Below are positions 50,934-59,928 of a stretch of DNA of 64,000 nucleotides, in pieces. The stretch's first letter is position 1. Each line of letters begins with the position of its first letter. A program made the translations under genes and the position numbers. A model generated the notes under the pieces. The model had not been told where the DNA came from. It ran no database searches and worked only from the letters and a program-made list of their open reading frames with translations. The DNA comes from an uncultured delta proteobacterium (lineage in GTDB: Bacteria; Myxococcota_A; Polyangia; Polyangiales; B10-G4). The stretch covers positions 352,001 through 416,000 of the forward strand of contig CAVSGI010000021.1 in NCBI GenBank assembly GCA_963727445.1, written 5' to 3'.

Positions 50934-53641
50934 CCATCCAGCTCAGAGTCGACGGTATCGACGTGGAGGTCGAGGAGGGCGCGTCCATCCTCGACGCAGC
51001 GCGCAGGGCCGAAAAGAACGTTCCGACCCTCTGTCAGTCCGACGCCCTGAAGGACTACGGCGCCTGCCGCATGTGCCTGGTGGAGGCGAACGGGCGGACG
51101 GTGGCCAGCTGTCACACGCCGGCGGCGGCGGGGATGGAGGTCACCACCGAGTCCGAGCAGCTCGCGCGGGTGCGCCTCAACATCATGGAGCTGATCGTCA
51201 GCGACCATCCGCTCGACTGTCTCGGCTGCGCGGCGAACAACCGCTGTGAGCTGCAGTCGACTGCCGCCGAGGTGGGCTTTCGCAAGGTTCGCTACCCCGA
51301 GGTGGCGCAGCACAGCCCGGCGCCCGACTTCTCTCACCCGTTCCTGAAGCTCGACATGGACAAGTGCATCGCGTGCGCGCGTTGCGTGCGCGTCTGTGAC
51401 GAGGTGCAGGGGAGCTTCATCCTGGGGATGGAGGGGCGCGGTTGGGACCTGCGCGTCATCTCGGGTAACGCGCAGTCCATGGCGGACGCCGACTGCACGA
51501 GCTGCGGTGCGTGCGCGGTGGAGTGCCCGGTGGGTGCGATCATGGATCGCGCCGAGGTGGCGCTCGGGGTGCCCGACGCGGTGACGACGACCACCTGCGC
51601 GTACTGTGGCGTGGGCTGCACCCTCGACGTGCACACCAAGGGAGAGCGCGTGGTGATGATCACGCCGAACCCGAACGGCTCGGCGAACCACGGCCACGCG
51701 TGCGTGAAGGGCCGCTTCGCCCACGAGTACGCGCGCTCGCCGGAGCGCATTCAGAGTCCGATGCTGCGCCAGGAGGACGGGAGCTTCGCGCCGATCGGGT
51801 GGGACGAAGCGCTCGAGATGGTCGCGAAGAAGCTCGAAGGCGTGGTGAAGGAGCACGGGCCACGGGCTTTCGCGGGGATCTCCTCGTCGCGCTGCACCAA
51901 CGAGGAGAACTACCTCTTTCAGAAGTTCATCCGCACCGTGGTGGGCACCAACAGCGTCGACAATTGCTCGCGCGTCTGCCACAGCCCGAGCGCCTTCGGC
52001 CTGAACAAGGCGCTGGGGACGGGGGCCGGCACGAACAGCTTCGAAGACATCGAGCACACGGACTGTGTGATGCTGGTGGGCGCGAACCCGACCGAGGCGC
52101 ATCCGGTCTACGGCGCGCGGATCCGGCAGGCGGTGCTGGGCGGCGCGAAGCTGATCGTGCTCGACCCGCGCAAGACGGAGCTGGCGCGGCTCGCGAACGT
52201 GCACATCTCGCTGAATCCGGGCAGCAACGTCGCGGTGATCAACGCGATGCAGAACGTGCTCCTCGAGGAGGGGCTCGTCGACGAGAAGTTCGTCCGCGAG
52301 CACACGGAGGGCTTCGAGAAGTATCGCGAGGAGATGAAGGACCAGACGCCCGAGTGGGCGGAAGAGATCAGCGGCGTGCCGGCCGATCAGATCCGCGAGG
52401 CGGCGCGGCTCTTCGCGAGCGTCGACCGCGCGCTGATCCTCTGGGGGCTCGGCGTGACCGAGGCGGCGCACGGGAGCAACGCCGTCTTCGGGCTGGTGAA
52501 CATCGGGTTGATGACTGGGAACATGGGGCGCCTCGGGACCGGAACCAATCCGATCCGCGGGCAGAACAACGTGCAGGGCGCCTCCGACATGGGCGCGCTG
52601 CCCAACGTCTTCACCGACTACCGTCCGGTCACCGATCCGGTCGCGCGCGAAGAGCATCTCGCCGTCTGGGGCAAGGAGCCGCCGTCGGACAAGGGGCTGC
52701 GCATCCCCGACATGTTCGACGCGTGCCATGAGGGACGGCTCAAGGCGATGTGGATCACCGCCGAGGACGTGGTGCAGTCCGACCCGAACACCGAGCACGT
52801 CGTGGGCGCGCTCGAGAAGCTGGATTTCCTGATCGTGCAGGAGATCTTCATGAGCGAGACGGCGAAGATCGCGCATCTCGTGTTGCCGGGCGCGACACAC
52901 CTCGAGAAGAACGGGACCTTCGTGAACTCGGATCGGCGCATCCAGCGCGTGCGCGCGGCGATCCCGCCGATGAAGGGCACGATGCCCGACGGCGACATCT
53001 ACCAGCTGGTGGCGGAGCGCATGGGCGCGGACCTCGGCTTCGGAACGCCGCCCGATCCAGCGAAGGTGATGGACGAGATCGCGGCGCTCTCACCGCTCTG
53101 GCGTGGTGTGAGCTACGCGCGGATCGAGGCGCCGGGGTCGTTCTTGCAGTGGCCGTGCACCAGCGCCGAGCATCCGGGCACGGCGATCGTTCACGAGGGC
53201 GGAGAGTTCTTGCGGGGCAGGGCGCTCTTCACGCCGACGCCGTGGCAGCCGCCCGCCGAGCTTCCCGACGCGGAGTATCCGTTCTTCCTGACCACGGGCC
53301 GCCAGCTCTTCCACTACAACGTCGGCACCCAGACGCGCCGCACGGCGGTGGTCGAGCTCACCAAGGCCGAAAAGGAGCGCGTGCGCCTTCACCCCAAGGA
53401 CGCGCGTCGCCTCGACATCCGCAATGGCGAGATGGTCCGCGTCGTCAGCCGCCGCGGATTCGTCGAAGTCGAAGCCGAGGTCACCAAGGCCACCAAGCCC
53501 GGCACTGTCTTCATGACCTTCCACTTCCCCGAGACCCGCACCAACCTCCTGCTCTCCTCCGCCGCCGACGAATACACCGGCTGCCCCGAGTACAAAGTCA
53601 GCGCCGTCCGCCTGGAAAAGCCCCCCCTAGCCGCCCAGTAA
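50930..53641 (+). CDS. fdhF: Formate dehydrogenase alpha subunit (FdsA/FdhF type, Cys ligand)
   Basis: N-terminal Fe-S clusters, CAYCGVGC, NCSRVCHSPS, RGQNNVQGASDMG, PEYKVSAV. Confidence 0.93.
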   Translation: MTIQLRVDGIDVEVEEGASILDAARRAEKNVPTLCQSDALKDYGACRMCLVEANGRTVASCHTPAAAGMEVTTESEQLARVRLNIMELIVSDHPLDCLGCAANNRCELQSTAAEVGFRKVRYPEVAQHSPAPDFSHPFLKLDMDKCIACARCVRVCDEVQGSFILGMEGRGWDLRVISGNAQSMADADCTSCGACAVECPVGAIMDRAEVALGVPDAVTTTTCAYCGVGCTLDVHTKGERVVMITPNPNGSANHGHACVKGRFAHEYARSPERIQSPMLRQEDGSFAPIGWDEALEMVAKKLEGVVKEHGPRAFAGISSSRCTNEENYLFQKFIRTVVGTNSVDNCSRVCHSPSAFGLNKALGTGAGTNSFEDIEHTDCVMLVGANPTEAHPVYGARIRQAVLGGAKLIVLDPRKTELARLANVHISLNPGSNVAVINAMQNVLLEEGLVDEKFVREHTEGFEKYREEMKDQTPEWAEEISGVPADQIREAARLFASVDRALILWGLGVTEAAHGSNAVFGLVNIGLMTGNMGRLGTGTNPIRGQNNVQGASDMGALPNVFTDYRPVTDPVAREEHLAVWGKEPPSDKGLRIPDMFDACHEGRLKAMWITAEDVVQSDPNTEHVVGALEKLDFLIVQEIFMSETAKIAHLVLPGATHLEKNGTFVNSDRRIQRVRAAIPPMKGTMPDGDIYQLVAERMGADLGFGTPPDPAKVMDEIAALSPLWRGVSYARIEAPGSFLQWPCTSAEHPGTAIVHEGGEFLRGRALFTPTPWQPPAELPDAEYPFFLTTGRQLFHYNVGTQTRRTAVVELTKAEKERVRLHPKDARRLDIRNGEMVRVVSRRGFVEVEAEVTKATKPGTVFMTFHFPETRTNLLLSSAADEYTGCPEYKVSAVRLEKPPLAAQ

Positions 53642-53785
53642 CGGGGACGGTCTACACTTTTCAACTTTCCCCCCAACCCTCTCGGCGGCCCCACGCTCCG
53701 GGCGCCCCTCAGAAGCGCCCCAACGGGGACGGTCTACACTTTTCAACTTTCCCCCCCCGCTCCGGGCGCCCCTCAGAAGCGCCCC
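53640..53785 (+). repeat. A-B-A-B repeat block, left boundary of the cassette
   Basis: A = AACGGGGACGGTCTACACTTTTCAACTTTCCCCCC at 53640-53674 and 53722-53756; B = CGCTCCGGGCGCCCCTCAGAAGCGCCCC at 53694-53721 and 53758-53785. Confidence 0.92.
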
Positions 53786-54702
53786 TGCACGCCGAGCCCA
53801 GCGACGTACCGCCCCACGATCGGCGTCACCCGAGCCGTCGGCGTGCTCCCGTCCGGCATCAGCCCCAGGTCGTATCTCTCCCACGCGCGCTCGTAGGGAG
53901 ACTCGATGAACGAGAGCGCGCCCATCATCGCGCCACCGATCGCCAGCCCGCCCCCCGTCACCAGCCCGATGGTTCGCGGCTCCTCGCGGTCCTCGAGCGC
54001 GCTCACGCCCATCGCGATGCCTCCGCCCAGCGCCAGGGCAAAGCCCGCCACGATCGAGATGTAGCGCGCGAGGCGGCTCACCTCTGCCATCGCCCGAAAC
54101 TCGCCTTCGAAGCGTCCGAGCGTCCGCGCGTCGAGCCCGCGCTCGCGCGCCGCCGCGAAGCGCGCGTAGAGCTCCTCGGCCGGCGTCTCGGCGGCGAAGT
54201 TGTAGATTCCGATGCCGACGCTCATCGCGCCAATCGCGATCATGGCAGCGCTCAAGCCGAGGGTCGCCTGCCGGCTACCGATCGTGAGCGTGTCGTCGGC
54301 CACGAACCACACGCCTATCCCCACCAGCGCGGCTCCCGCGACGATGCCGAGCGGCGCCGCGATGTAGCGGAGGACCCGCGCGCTTCCGTCGAAGGAGCCG
54401 AGCCAGGCGTCGAGGCGCGCGACGTCGACGTTTGTGAAGGCGGGCGAGAGCGTCATGCCGGCAACGGGCGGCGGCGGCGCCGGAGCGACTTCCTGCCCCG
54501 CCGGCGGCGGCATGGGGATCTCGTCCGCGTTCGAAGGTGCCACCTCCGCTTCGACCGACGAATCTGGCGGCGCTCCGCCCCCGCCCTCCTCGGCTGCGTC
54601 CCCACTCGCGTCGACCGTTTCCCCCGGCGGCTGTGCAGAGGCGCGAGCGGCCCATGCCGAGAGGAGCAAAGAACACGCGAGGAGAGCAGCGATCCGAGGC
54701 AT
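53773..54702 (-). CDS. Hypothetical exported/membrane protein
   Basis: Signal peptide, Pro-rich linker, four Gly-rich hydrophobic segments, ends GLGVQGRF. Confidence 0.7.
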   Translation of the reverse strand: MPRIAALLACSLLLSAWAARASAQPPGETVDASGDAAEEGGGGAPPDSSVEAEVAPSNADEIPMPPPAGQEVAPAPPPPVAGMTLSPAFTNVDVARLDAWLGSFDGSARVLRYIAAPLGIVAGAALVGIGVWFVADDTLTIGSRQATLGLSAAMIAIGAMSVGIGIYNFAAETPAEELYARFAAARERGLDARTLGRFEGEFRAMAEVSRLARYISIVAGFALALGGGIAMGVSALEDREEPRTIGLVTGGGLAIGGAMMGALSFIESPYERAWERYDLGLMPDGSTPTARVTPIVGRYVAGLGVQGRF

Positions 54703-54766
54703 GACCCGACGTGTAGCAGCGACGCAGCAGCCGTCCACGCGACCGCCGGTGTGGCATCCTGCGCCC

Positions 54767-55816
54767 ATGCGTCGCCCGCGCGCCACGATCGCGTTGCTTT
54801 CGCTGCTGCCCCTTCTCGGCGTGTCCGCGTGCGGGGACGATCAGAGCGCCCCCGGGACCGAATCGCCGGCCGCGTCGGATCAAGAGTTGCCCCCCGCTGA
54901 CGAAACGCCCGCGGAGCCATCGCCAACCCCGCCACCGGAGCCGACCGCCGACGCGCCCTCCAACCCCGAGCCGGCCTCCGAGTCGCCCACCCTCGACAGC
55001 GCCCAGGCCATTCGCGCCGCCCTCATCGCTGCGCGACCGTCTCCCGCTGCCGTCTGGGCGCTCACCGATCCCGACCGCGGTCTGGATCTCGACTTCAACT
55101 GGGCCGTCGGCCATTTCGTTTACACCGCGTGCAGCACCGAGGACCTCGCGACCTGGCGTGAGTGGGCGCGCGAAGACGGGCTCTCCTTCTACCGCATCGC
55201 CGAGAGCGATCCGTTTCAGTGCACGTCCGACCTATCGCTCTGCGCGTCGTGCCCCGAGGACATCTCCACCTGCGAGCGCGGCAGCGTCTTCGAGCTCGCG
55301 ACCGATGGCGACGGGCGGCGCTATCTCTACGGCGTGATCATGGCGCCCGCGCGCTCGGAGGCGCTGTGGGATCTGACGCCGACGACGCTCGAGGGCGCAC
55401 GCCGCGCTCGGGTCGATCTCGGCTCCGCTGCTGAGACGGGTGCGAAGTGCGCGATTCGCAATCAATTGCTCGGAGGCGATATCGATTCGCTGTGGGTCGA
55501 GCACGTGCCCGGCGCGGGTGCGCGCGAGGTGCGTCACCTCGAGGGTGATGAGGCGCGAGACTTCGCGCGCGACCTCGGGGCGCGCTTCGGCCTGTCCGCG
55601 TATTGTCTCGCGGAGAATTGCGTCGCGGCGGGCGACGAGGGCGAGCTCTTCGGCGTGTACTACCGACGCGGGCGTCGGCGTCGGCGTCGTCCGCCTCCGG
55701 CGCCACAGCTGACACTCGTCACGTACGGACCGGCTGCGTGCGAGGGGTGCGCGCCGGAGCCGTCGGCGGAGGTGCGACGTGAGGCGCGGCGCCGGCGCAG
55801 ACGACGACGGAGGTAG
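54767..55816 (+). CDS. Hypothetical lipoprotein with Arg-rich tracts
   Basis: VSAC lipobox, Pro/Glu linker, Cys pairs, RRGRRRRRR and terminal poly-Arg. Confidence 0.7.
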   Translation: MRRPRATIALLSLLPLLGVSACGDDQSAPGTESPAASDQELPPADETPAEPSPTPPPEPTADAPSNPEPASESPTLDSAQAIRAALIAARPSPAAVWALTDPDRGLDLDFNWAVGHFVYTACSTEDLATWREWAREDGLSFYRIAESDPFQCTSDLSLCASCPEDISTCERGSVFELATDGDGRRYLYGVIMAPARSEALWDLTPTTLEGARRARVDLGSAAETGAKCAIRNQLLGGDIDSLWVEHVPGAGAREVRHLEGDEARDFARDLGARFGLSAYCLAENCVAAGDEGELFGVYYRRGRRRRRRPPPAPQLTLVTYGPAACEGCAPEPSAEVRREARRRRRRRRR

Positions 55817-55822
55817 AGCGCC

Positions 55823-55849
55823 GAAAGTTGAAAAGTGTAGACCGTCCCC
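55823..55849 (-). repeat. Inverted copy of repeat A core, right boundary of the cassette
   Basis: GAAAGTTGAAAAGTGTAGACCGTCCCC is the exact reverse complement of 53643-53669. Confidence 0.92.
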
Positions 55850-57346
55850 TTAGGGGATGGTCCAGGTGGTGCCTTCGGGGGAGTCGAGGAGCTCGACGCC
55901 GAGGGCGGTGAGGTCGGCGCGGAGGGTGTCGGCTTTTTCGAAGTCCTTGGCGGCGCGGGCGGCGGCGCGGGCGGCGATCTTTTCTTCGACGAGGGCGGCG
56001 TCGACGCCTTTGGCGGCGGCGCGGCGGTCGCGGATGCCGAGCAGAACGCCGTCGGCGTCCTTCTGGCCGAGGCCGGTCTCGGCCTCGAGGCGCGAAAAGC
56101 CTGCCTTCGCTGCCTCGACCCAGCTCGTCGCGACCTTGCCCTTCTTGCCCTTCGCCTTTTCGGCCAGCTCGTTCACCGCCTTCAAGAACGCGTTCACCTC
56201 GGCGAGGGCCGCCGGGAAGTTCAGGTCCTCGTCGAGCACGGCCGTGAGCTTCTCACCGAACTTCGCGAGCTCCTCCGGCACAGCCTCGTCCTTGTCGACG
56301 ATGCGCCCCGCCGGGATCTGCGACAGCCGCTTCTTGGCGTTGTAGAGATACTCGACGCGCCGCTCCGCCTCCTCGAACTGCGGGAAGCCCGTGATGTTGC
56401 CCTCGTCGTCCACCGTCCAGTCGAGGTTCAGCGGCGCGCGGTAGTGGCTCGTCATGTTGAACCAACGCACCGCCTCGGGGTCCACGCGCTTGTAGAGCTC
56501 CCGCGCCGTGAAGAAGTTGCCGAGGCTCTTCGACATCTTCTCCTTGTTCACCTCGATGAAGCCGTTGTGCACCCAGAAGCGCGCCATCTGCTTGCCGGTC
56601 GCGGCTTCGCTCTGCGCGATCTCGTTCTCGTGATGCGGAAACACCAGGTCGAGCCCGCCGCCGTGCAGGTCGAAGCTCTCCCCCAGGTGCGTCATGCTCA
56701 TCGCCGAGCACTCGATGTGCCACCCCGGTCGTCCCGGCCCCCATGGGCTCGGCCAGCTCGGGTCCCCTTCGGTCGCCGCCTTCCACAACGCGAAGTCCGC
56801 CGGGTTCTCCTTCTTGGCGAGCTCTGCGTCGCTCGTCCGCCCGCTCGCCCCACTCTCGTGGTCTTCCATCTTACGGTGGCTGAGCTTGCCGTACTCGGGG
56901 AACGCCGACACCCGGAAGTACACGTCGCCTCCCGACTCGTAGGCGGCGCCCTTGTCGATGAGCTTCTGAATCAGCTCGTGGATCTGCGTCAGGTGCTCGC
57001 TCACCCGCGGCTCGATGTCGGGGTCGACGTTGCCGACCGCCCGCATGTCTTCCTGGTACGCCTTCTCGAATCGCTTCGCGAGCTCGGTCGGCTCTTCACC
57101 GTTTTCCTTGCTGCGCTTGATGATCTTGTCGTCGATGTCGGTGACGTTGCGGACGAAGGTGACCTTCATGCCGTTCGCCCTCAGGTGGCGGACCAACAGG
57201 TCGTAGACCGTCGCCGACCGGACGTGCCCCAGGTGGGCGTAGTCATAAACCGTCGGCCCACAGTAGTAGACCCTGGCGTGGCCCGGCTCGGCCGTCTCGA
57301 AAGGCTCCTTCTTGCTCGTCAGGGTGTTGTAGAGGCGCAAAGTCAT
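55850..57346 (-). CDS. cysS: Cysteine--tRNA ligase
   Basis: CGPTVYDYAHLGH, DFALWK, GRPGWHIECSAM, KMSKSLGN. Confidence 0.97.
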   Translation of the reverse strand: MTLRLYNTLTSKKEPFETAEPGHARVYYCGPTVYDYAHLGHVRSATVYDLLVRHLRANGMKVTFVRNVTDIDDKIIKRSKENGEEPTELAKRFEKAYQEDMRAVGNVDPDIEPRVSEHLTQIHELIQKLIDKGAAYESGGDVYFRVSAFPEYGKLSHRKMEDHESGASGRTSDAELAKKENPADFALWKAATEGDPSWPSPWGPGRPGWHIECSAMSMTHLGESFDLHGGGLDLVFPHHENEIAQSEAATGKQMARFWVHNGFIEVNKEKMSKSLGNFFTARELYKRVDPEAVRWFNMTSHYRAPLNLDWTVDDEGNITGFPQFEEAERRVEYLYNAKKRLSQIPAGRIVDKDEAVPEELAKFGEKLTAVLDEDLNFPAALAEVNAFLKAVNELAEKAKGKKGKVATSWVEAAKAGFSRLEAETGLGQKDADGVLLGIRDRRAAAKGVDAALVEEKIAARAAARAAKDFEKADTLRADLTALGVELLDSPEGTTWTIP

Positions 57347-57410
57347 GAGGCGGCACTTGTAACGCACGCCCCCCACCTTGGCCACCCACGGACCGTGTAA
57401 GCTCGGACCC

Positions 57411-58073
57411 ATGAGCGAAGAGCGGCGCTTCGCATACCTCCACGGCTTCGCCTCCAGCCCCAGCTCCAAGAAGGGGCTCGCGCTGAGGCACCGTTTCGCT
57501 CAGCGGGGCGTGACGCTCGAGCTCCCCGATCTCAATCAACCCAGCTTCGAAGAGATCAGCCACGACGCCTGCCTCGGTGCCCTCGACGCCATGGATCGCA
57601 TGCAGGCCCAGGACACCGGCGCCCGCTGGTGCCTCATCGGTTCGAGCTTCGGAGGCTGGCTCGCCGCCCGGTGGGCCGAGCTCCATCCCGAACGCGTCGA
57701 GCGCATGGTGCTCCTTTGTCCGGGCTTCGATCTCGCGCAGCGCTGGCCCGAGATCCTCGGCGGCGAGCAGATGGCGAAGTGGGGCACCGAGGGCCACCTC
57801 TACATGCAGGACGCGACCGGCACCTACGCGCCCGTTCACTACGGCTTCTACGTCGAGGCGCTGCGGCAGCCCGGCCGCCCCCGAGTCCCCTGCCCGACCC
57901 TCATCATCCACGGCACCCGCGACGAGGTGGTCCCCATCACCTCCTCACGAGACTACGCGGCGGCCCACGGGCTGCCGCTGCTCGAGGTCGACGACGATCA
58001 CGGGCTCGCCGCCTCCGTCGACCGTATCGCAGCAGCTACTTTCGACCACTTCGGTTTGGGCGCGAGCACTTGA
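57411..58073 (+). CDS. YqiA/YcfP-family alpha/beta hydrolase
   Basis: YLHGFASSP, GSSFGG, HGTRDEVV, DDHGL. Confidence 0.88.
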   Translation: MSEERRFAYLHGFASSPSSKKGLALRHRFAQRGVTLELPDLNQPSFEEISHDACLGALDAMDRMQAQDTGARWCLIGSSFGGWLAARWAELHPERVERMVLLCPGFDLAQRWPEILGGEQMAKWGTEGHLYMQDATGTYAPVHYGFYVEALRQPGRPRVPCPTLIIHGTRDEVVPITSSRDYAAAHGLPLLEVDDDHGLAASVDRIAAATFDHFGLGAST

Positions 58074-58179
58074 AGAGGCGCCTGGCATCACCGCCGGTGG
58101 CTCCCAACGTGACCACTTCGTGACGGCCCCTCACCTCGAATTGTCACGTCTTTTCGCCAGACCCACCGCCGGCCGCACT

Positions 58180-58195
58180 CGGCACGCCGTTCGCA
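58180..58195 (+). promoter_or_regulatory. Putative sigma-54 promoter of the PP2C gene
   Basis: CGGCACGCCGTTCGCA has GG-N10-GC spacing, 30 nt upstream of the start. Confidence 0.5.
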
Positions 58196-58225
58196 AACTC
58201 ACGGTCCAAGCTTGTGGAGGATGCC

Positions 58226-58963
58226 GTGAAGTCTCGAGGTTTCGGACAGACGCACATCGGGGGACGAGAAAACAACGAGGACGCGCTCCTCGTCGCTGAG
58301 AAACTCGGCCTCTACGTCGTCGCGGACGGGATGGGCGGCTACGAGGGAGGCGAGATCGCCTCCCAGATGACCGTCGAAGGTCTCCACCGCTTCTACGACA
58401 TCGTGGGGCCCGACGGAGAGGTCGGCATGACCACGCCCGGCTCCGGGGACCGCACGGTCGCCGAAGACATGATGCGCCTCGCGATCCGTCAGGCCAGCCA
58501 CGACATCGAGAAGATGCGCCACGGCCGTCTCGAGTCGATGGGCTCCACCGTCGCCGCGGTGCTCCTTCGCCAGGACAAGGCGCTCATCGCTCACGTTGGT
58601 GACAGCCGCGTCTATCGCATGCGGCGCGGCGTCCTCGAGCGCATGACGCGCGATCATTCGCTCTACGCGGAGCTCGAGGAGGCCGGCGTCGTCTCCGTGG
58701 GCAGCCTCGCCAGCCGCAACGTGATCACCCGTGCGGTCGGTGTTCCCGGATACGCAGTGCCCGACGTCCGCATCGTCGACACCCGGCCCGGCGACACTTT
58801 CTTGATGTGCAGCGACGGCCTCACCGACGACGTCCCCGACGGCGACATCGCCGAGGTACTCGCCGCCTTCGAGCCGAAGCTCGCCGCCGAGCAGCTCGTC
58901 CAGCGCGCCTGGCTCGCAGGCGCGTCGGACAACATCACCTGCGTCGTCGCCCGCGTCTGCTGA
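58226..58963 (+). CDS. PP2C-family Ser/Thr phosphatase
   Basis: NNED, VADGMGG, HVGDSRVY, TRDHS, CSDGL, DNIT. Confidence 0.93.
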   Translation: MKSRGFGQTHIGGRENNEDALLVAEKLGLYVVADGMGGYEGGEIASQMTVEGLHRFYDIVGPDGEVGMTTPGSGDRTVAEDMMRLAIRQASHDIEKMRHGRLESMGSTVAAVLLRQDKALIAHVGDSRVYRMRRGVLERMTRDHSLYAELEEAGVVSVGSLASRNVITRAVGVPGYAVPDVRIVDTRPGDTFLMCSDGLTDDVPDGDIAEVLAAFEPKLAAEQLVQRAWLAGASDNITCVVARVC

Positions 58964-59019
58964 TAGCAGCTCAGTCCGCGCTACGAGTCGGCTCGAAGTG
59001 ACGTGCTAGGGTCGTCCGC

Positions 59020-59904
59020 GTGATGGATCGACCGAAAGAGAAGCTCCGCGTTGCCGCCGTCCAGATGGACGTCGTCCCGGGTGACCTGAACGCCAACCGC
59101 GACGCCCATCTCGCGCGCATCGCCGAAGCACGGCGTGCCGGGGTCGACGTGCTGGTCTTCCCCGAGCTCTCGCTGACCGGCTACGGCATCGCCGCGCGCG
59201 CCTGGGAGGTGGCGATCCCCCTCGAGCATCCGCTCCTTTCGGAGTTGGCGGACGCGGCAAAGGGCATGGTCGTCATCGTCGGATTCGTCGAGGAGGGCTA
59301 TGCCGCCCAGTTCTTCAACGCGTGCGCGGTGCTGAAGGACGGCGCCGTCTCTTTCGTCCATCGCAAGCTGAACCTCCCGACCTACGGCGACATGGACGAA
59401 GGCAAGCACTTCGCGGCCGGACGCTACGTCGAGGCCTTCTCCGTCGGCTCCCCCTGGGTGGGCGCCTGCCTCATCTGCTCCGACCTGTGGAACCCGGGCC
59501 TGGTACATCTCGCCGCGCTCCACGGCGCCACGGTGCTCTTCGTCCCGACCAACTCCTCCCGCGATCCCGGCCGCGGCACCGTCGCCAAGCCCGATTGCTG
59601 GGACGTCTTCCTGCGCCACTACTCGCTCATCTACGGCCTTCCCATCGTCTTCACCAATCGCATCGGGACCGAGGGCGACTACGAGTTCTGGGGCGGCTCT
59701 CGCATCCTCGATCCCCACGGTCAGGCCATCGCAGCCGCCTCGGGCACCGAGGAGACGATGCTCGTCGCGGAGCTCGACTTCGCCGCCGTCAAGCGTGCGC
59801 GTTTCGAGCTCCCGACGGTCCGCGACTCGAACCTCTCGCTCATCCACCGCGAAGTGGATCGGCTCATCCACAACATCGGCGTGCCGACCGTGGTTCGATC
59901 CTGA
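59020..59904 (+). CDS. Nitrilase-family carbon-nitrogen hydrolase
   Basis: E-K-C triad in VFPELSLTGY, HRKLNLPTYG, LICSDLW. Confidence 0.9.
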   Translation: MMDRPKEKLRVAAVQMDVVPGDLNANRDAHLARIAEARRAGVDVLVFPELSLTGYGIAARAWEVAIPLEHPLLSELADAAKGMVVIVGFVEEGYAAQFFNACAVLKDGAVSFVHRKLNLPTYGDMDEGKHFAAGRYVEAFSVGSPWVGACLICSDLWNPGLVHLAALHGATVLFVPTNSSRDPGRGTVAKPDCWDVFLRHYSLIYGLPIVFTNRIGTEGDYEFWGGSRILDPHGQAIAAASGTEETMLVAELDFAAVKRARFELPTVRDSNLSLIHREVDRLIHNIGVPTVVRS

Positions 59905-59928
59905 GCTGGCCATAGTAGACTGGGCGCG

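Noticed and set aside
51950..52000. Selenocysteine recoding in formate dehydrogenase
   Set aside because: Active site reads RVCH with a TGC codon and the frame is open.
53640..53785. Possible CRISPR array
   Set aside because: Only two direct copies, the intervening sequence is itself repeated, a third copy is inverted 2 kb away, and no cas genes are present.
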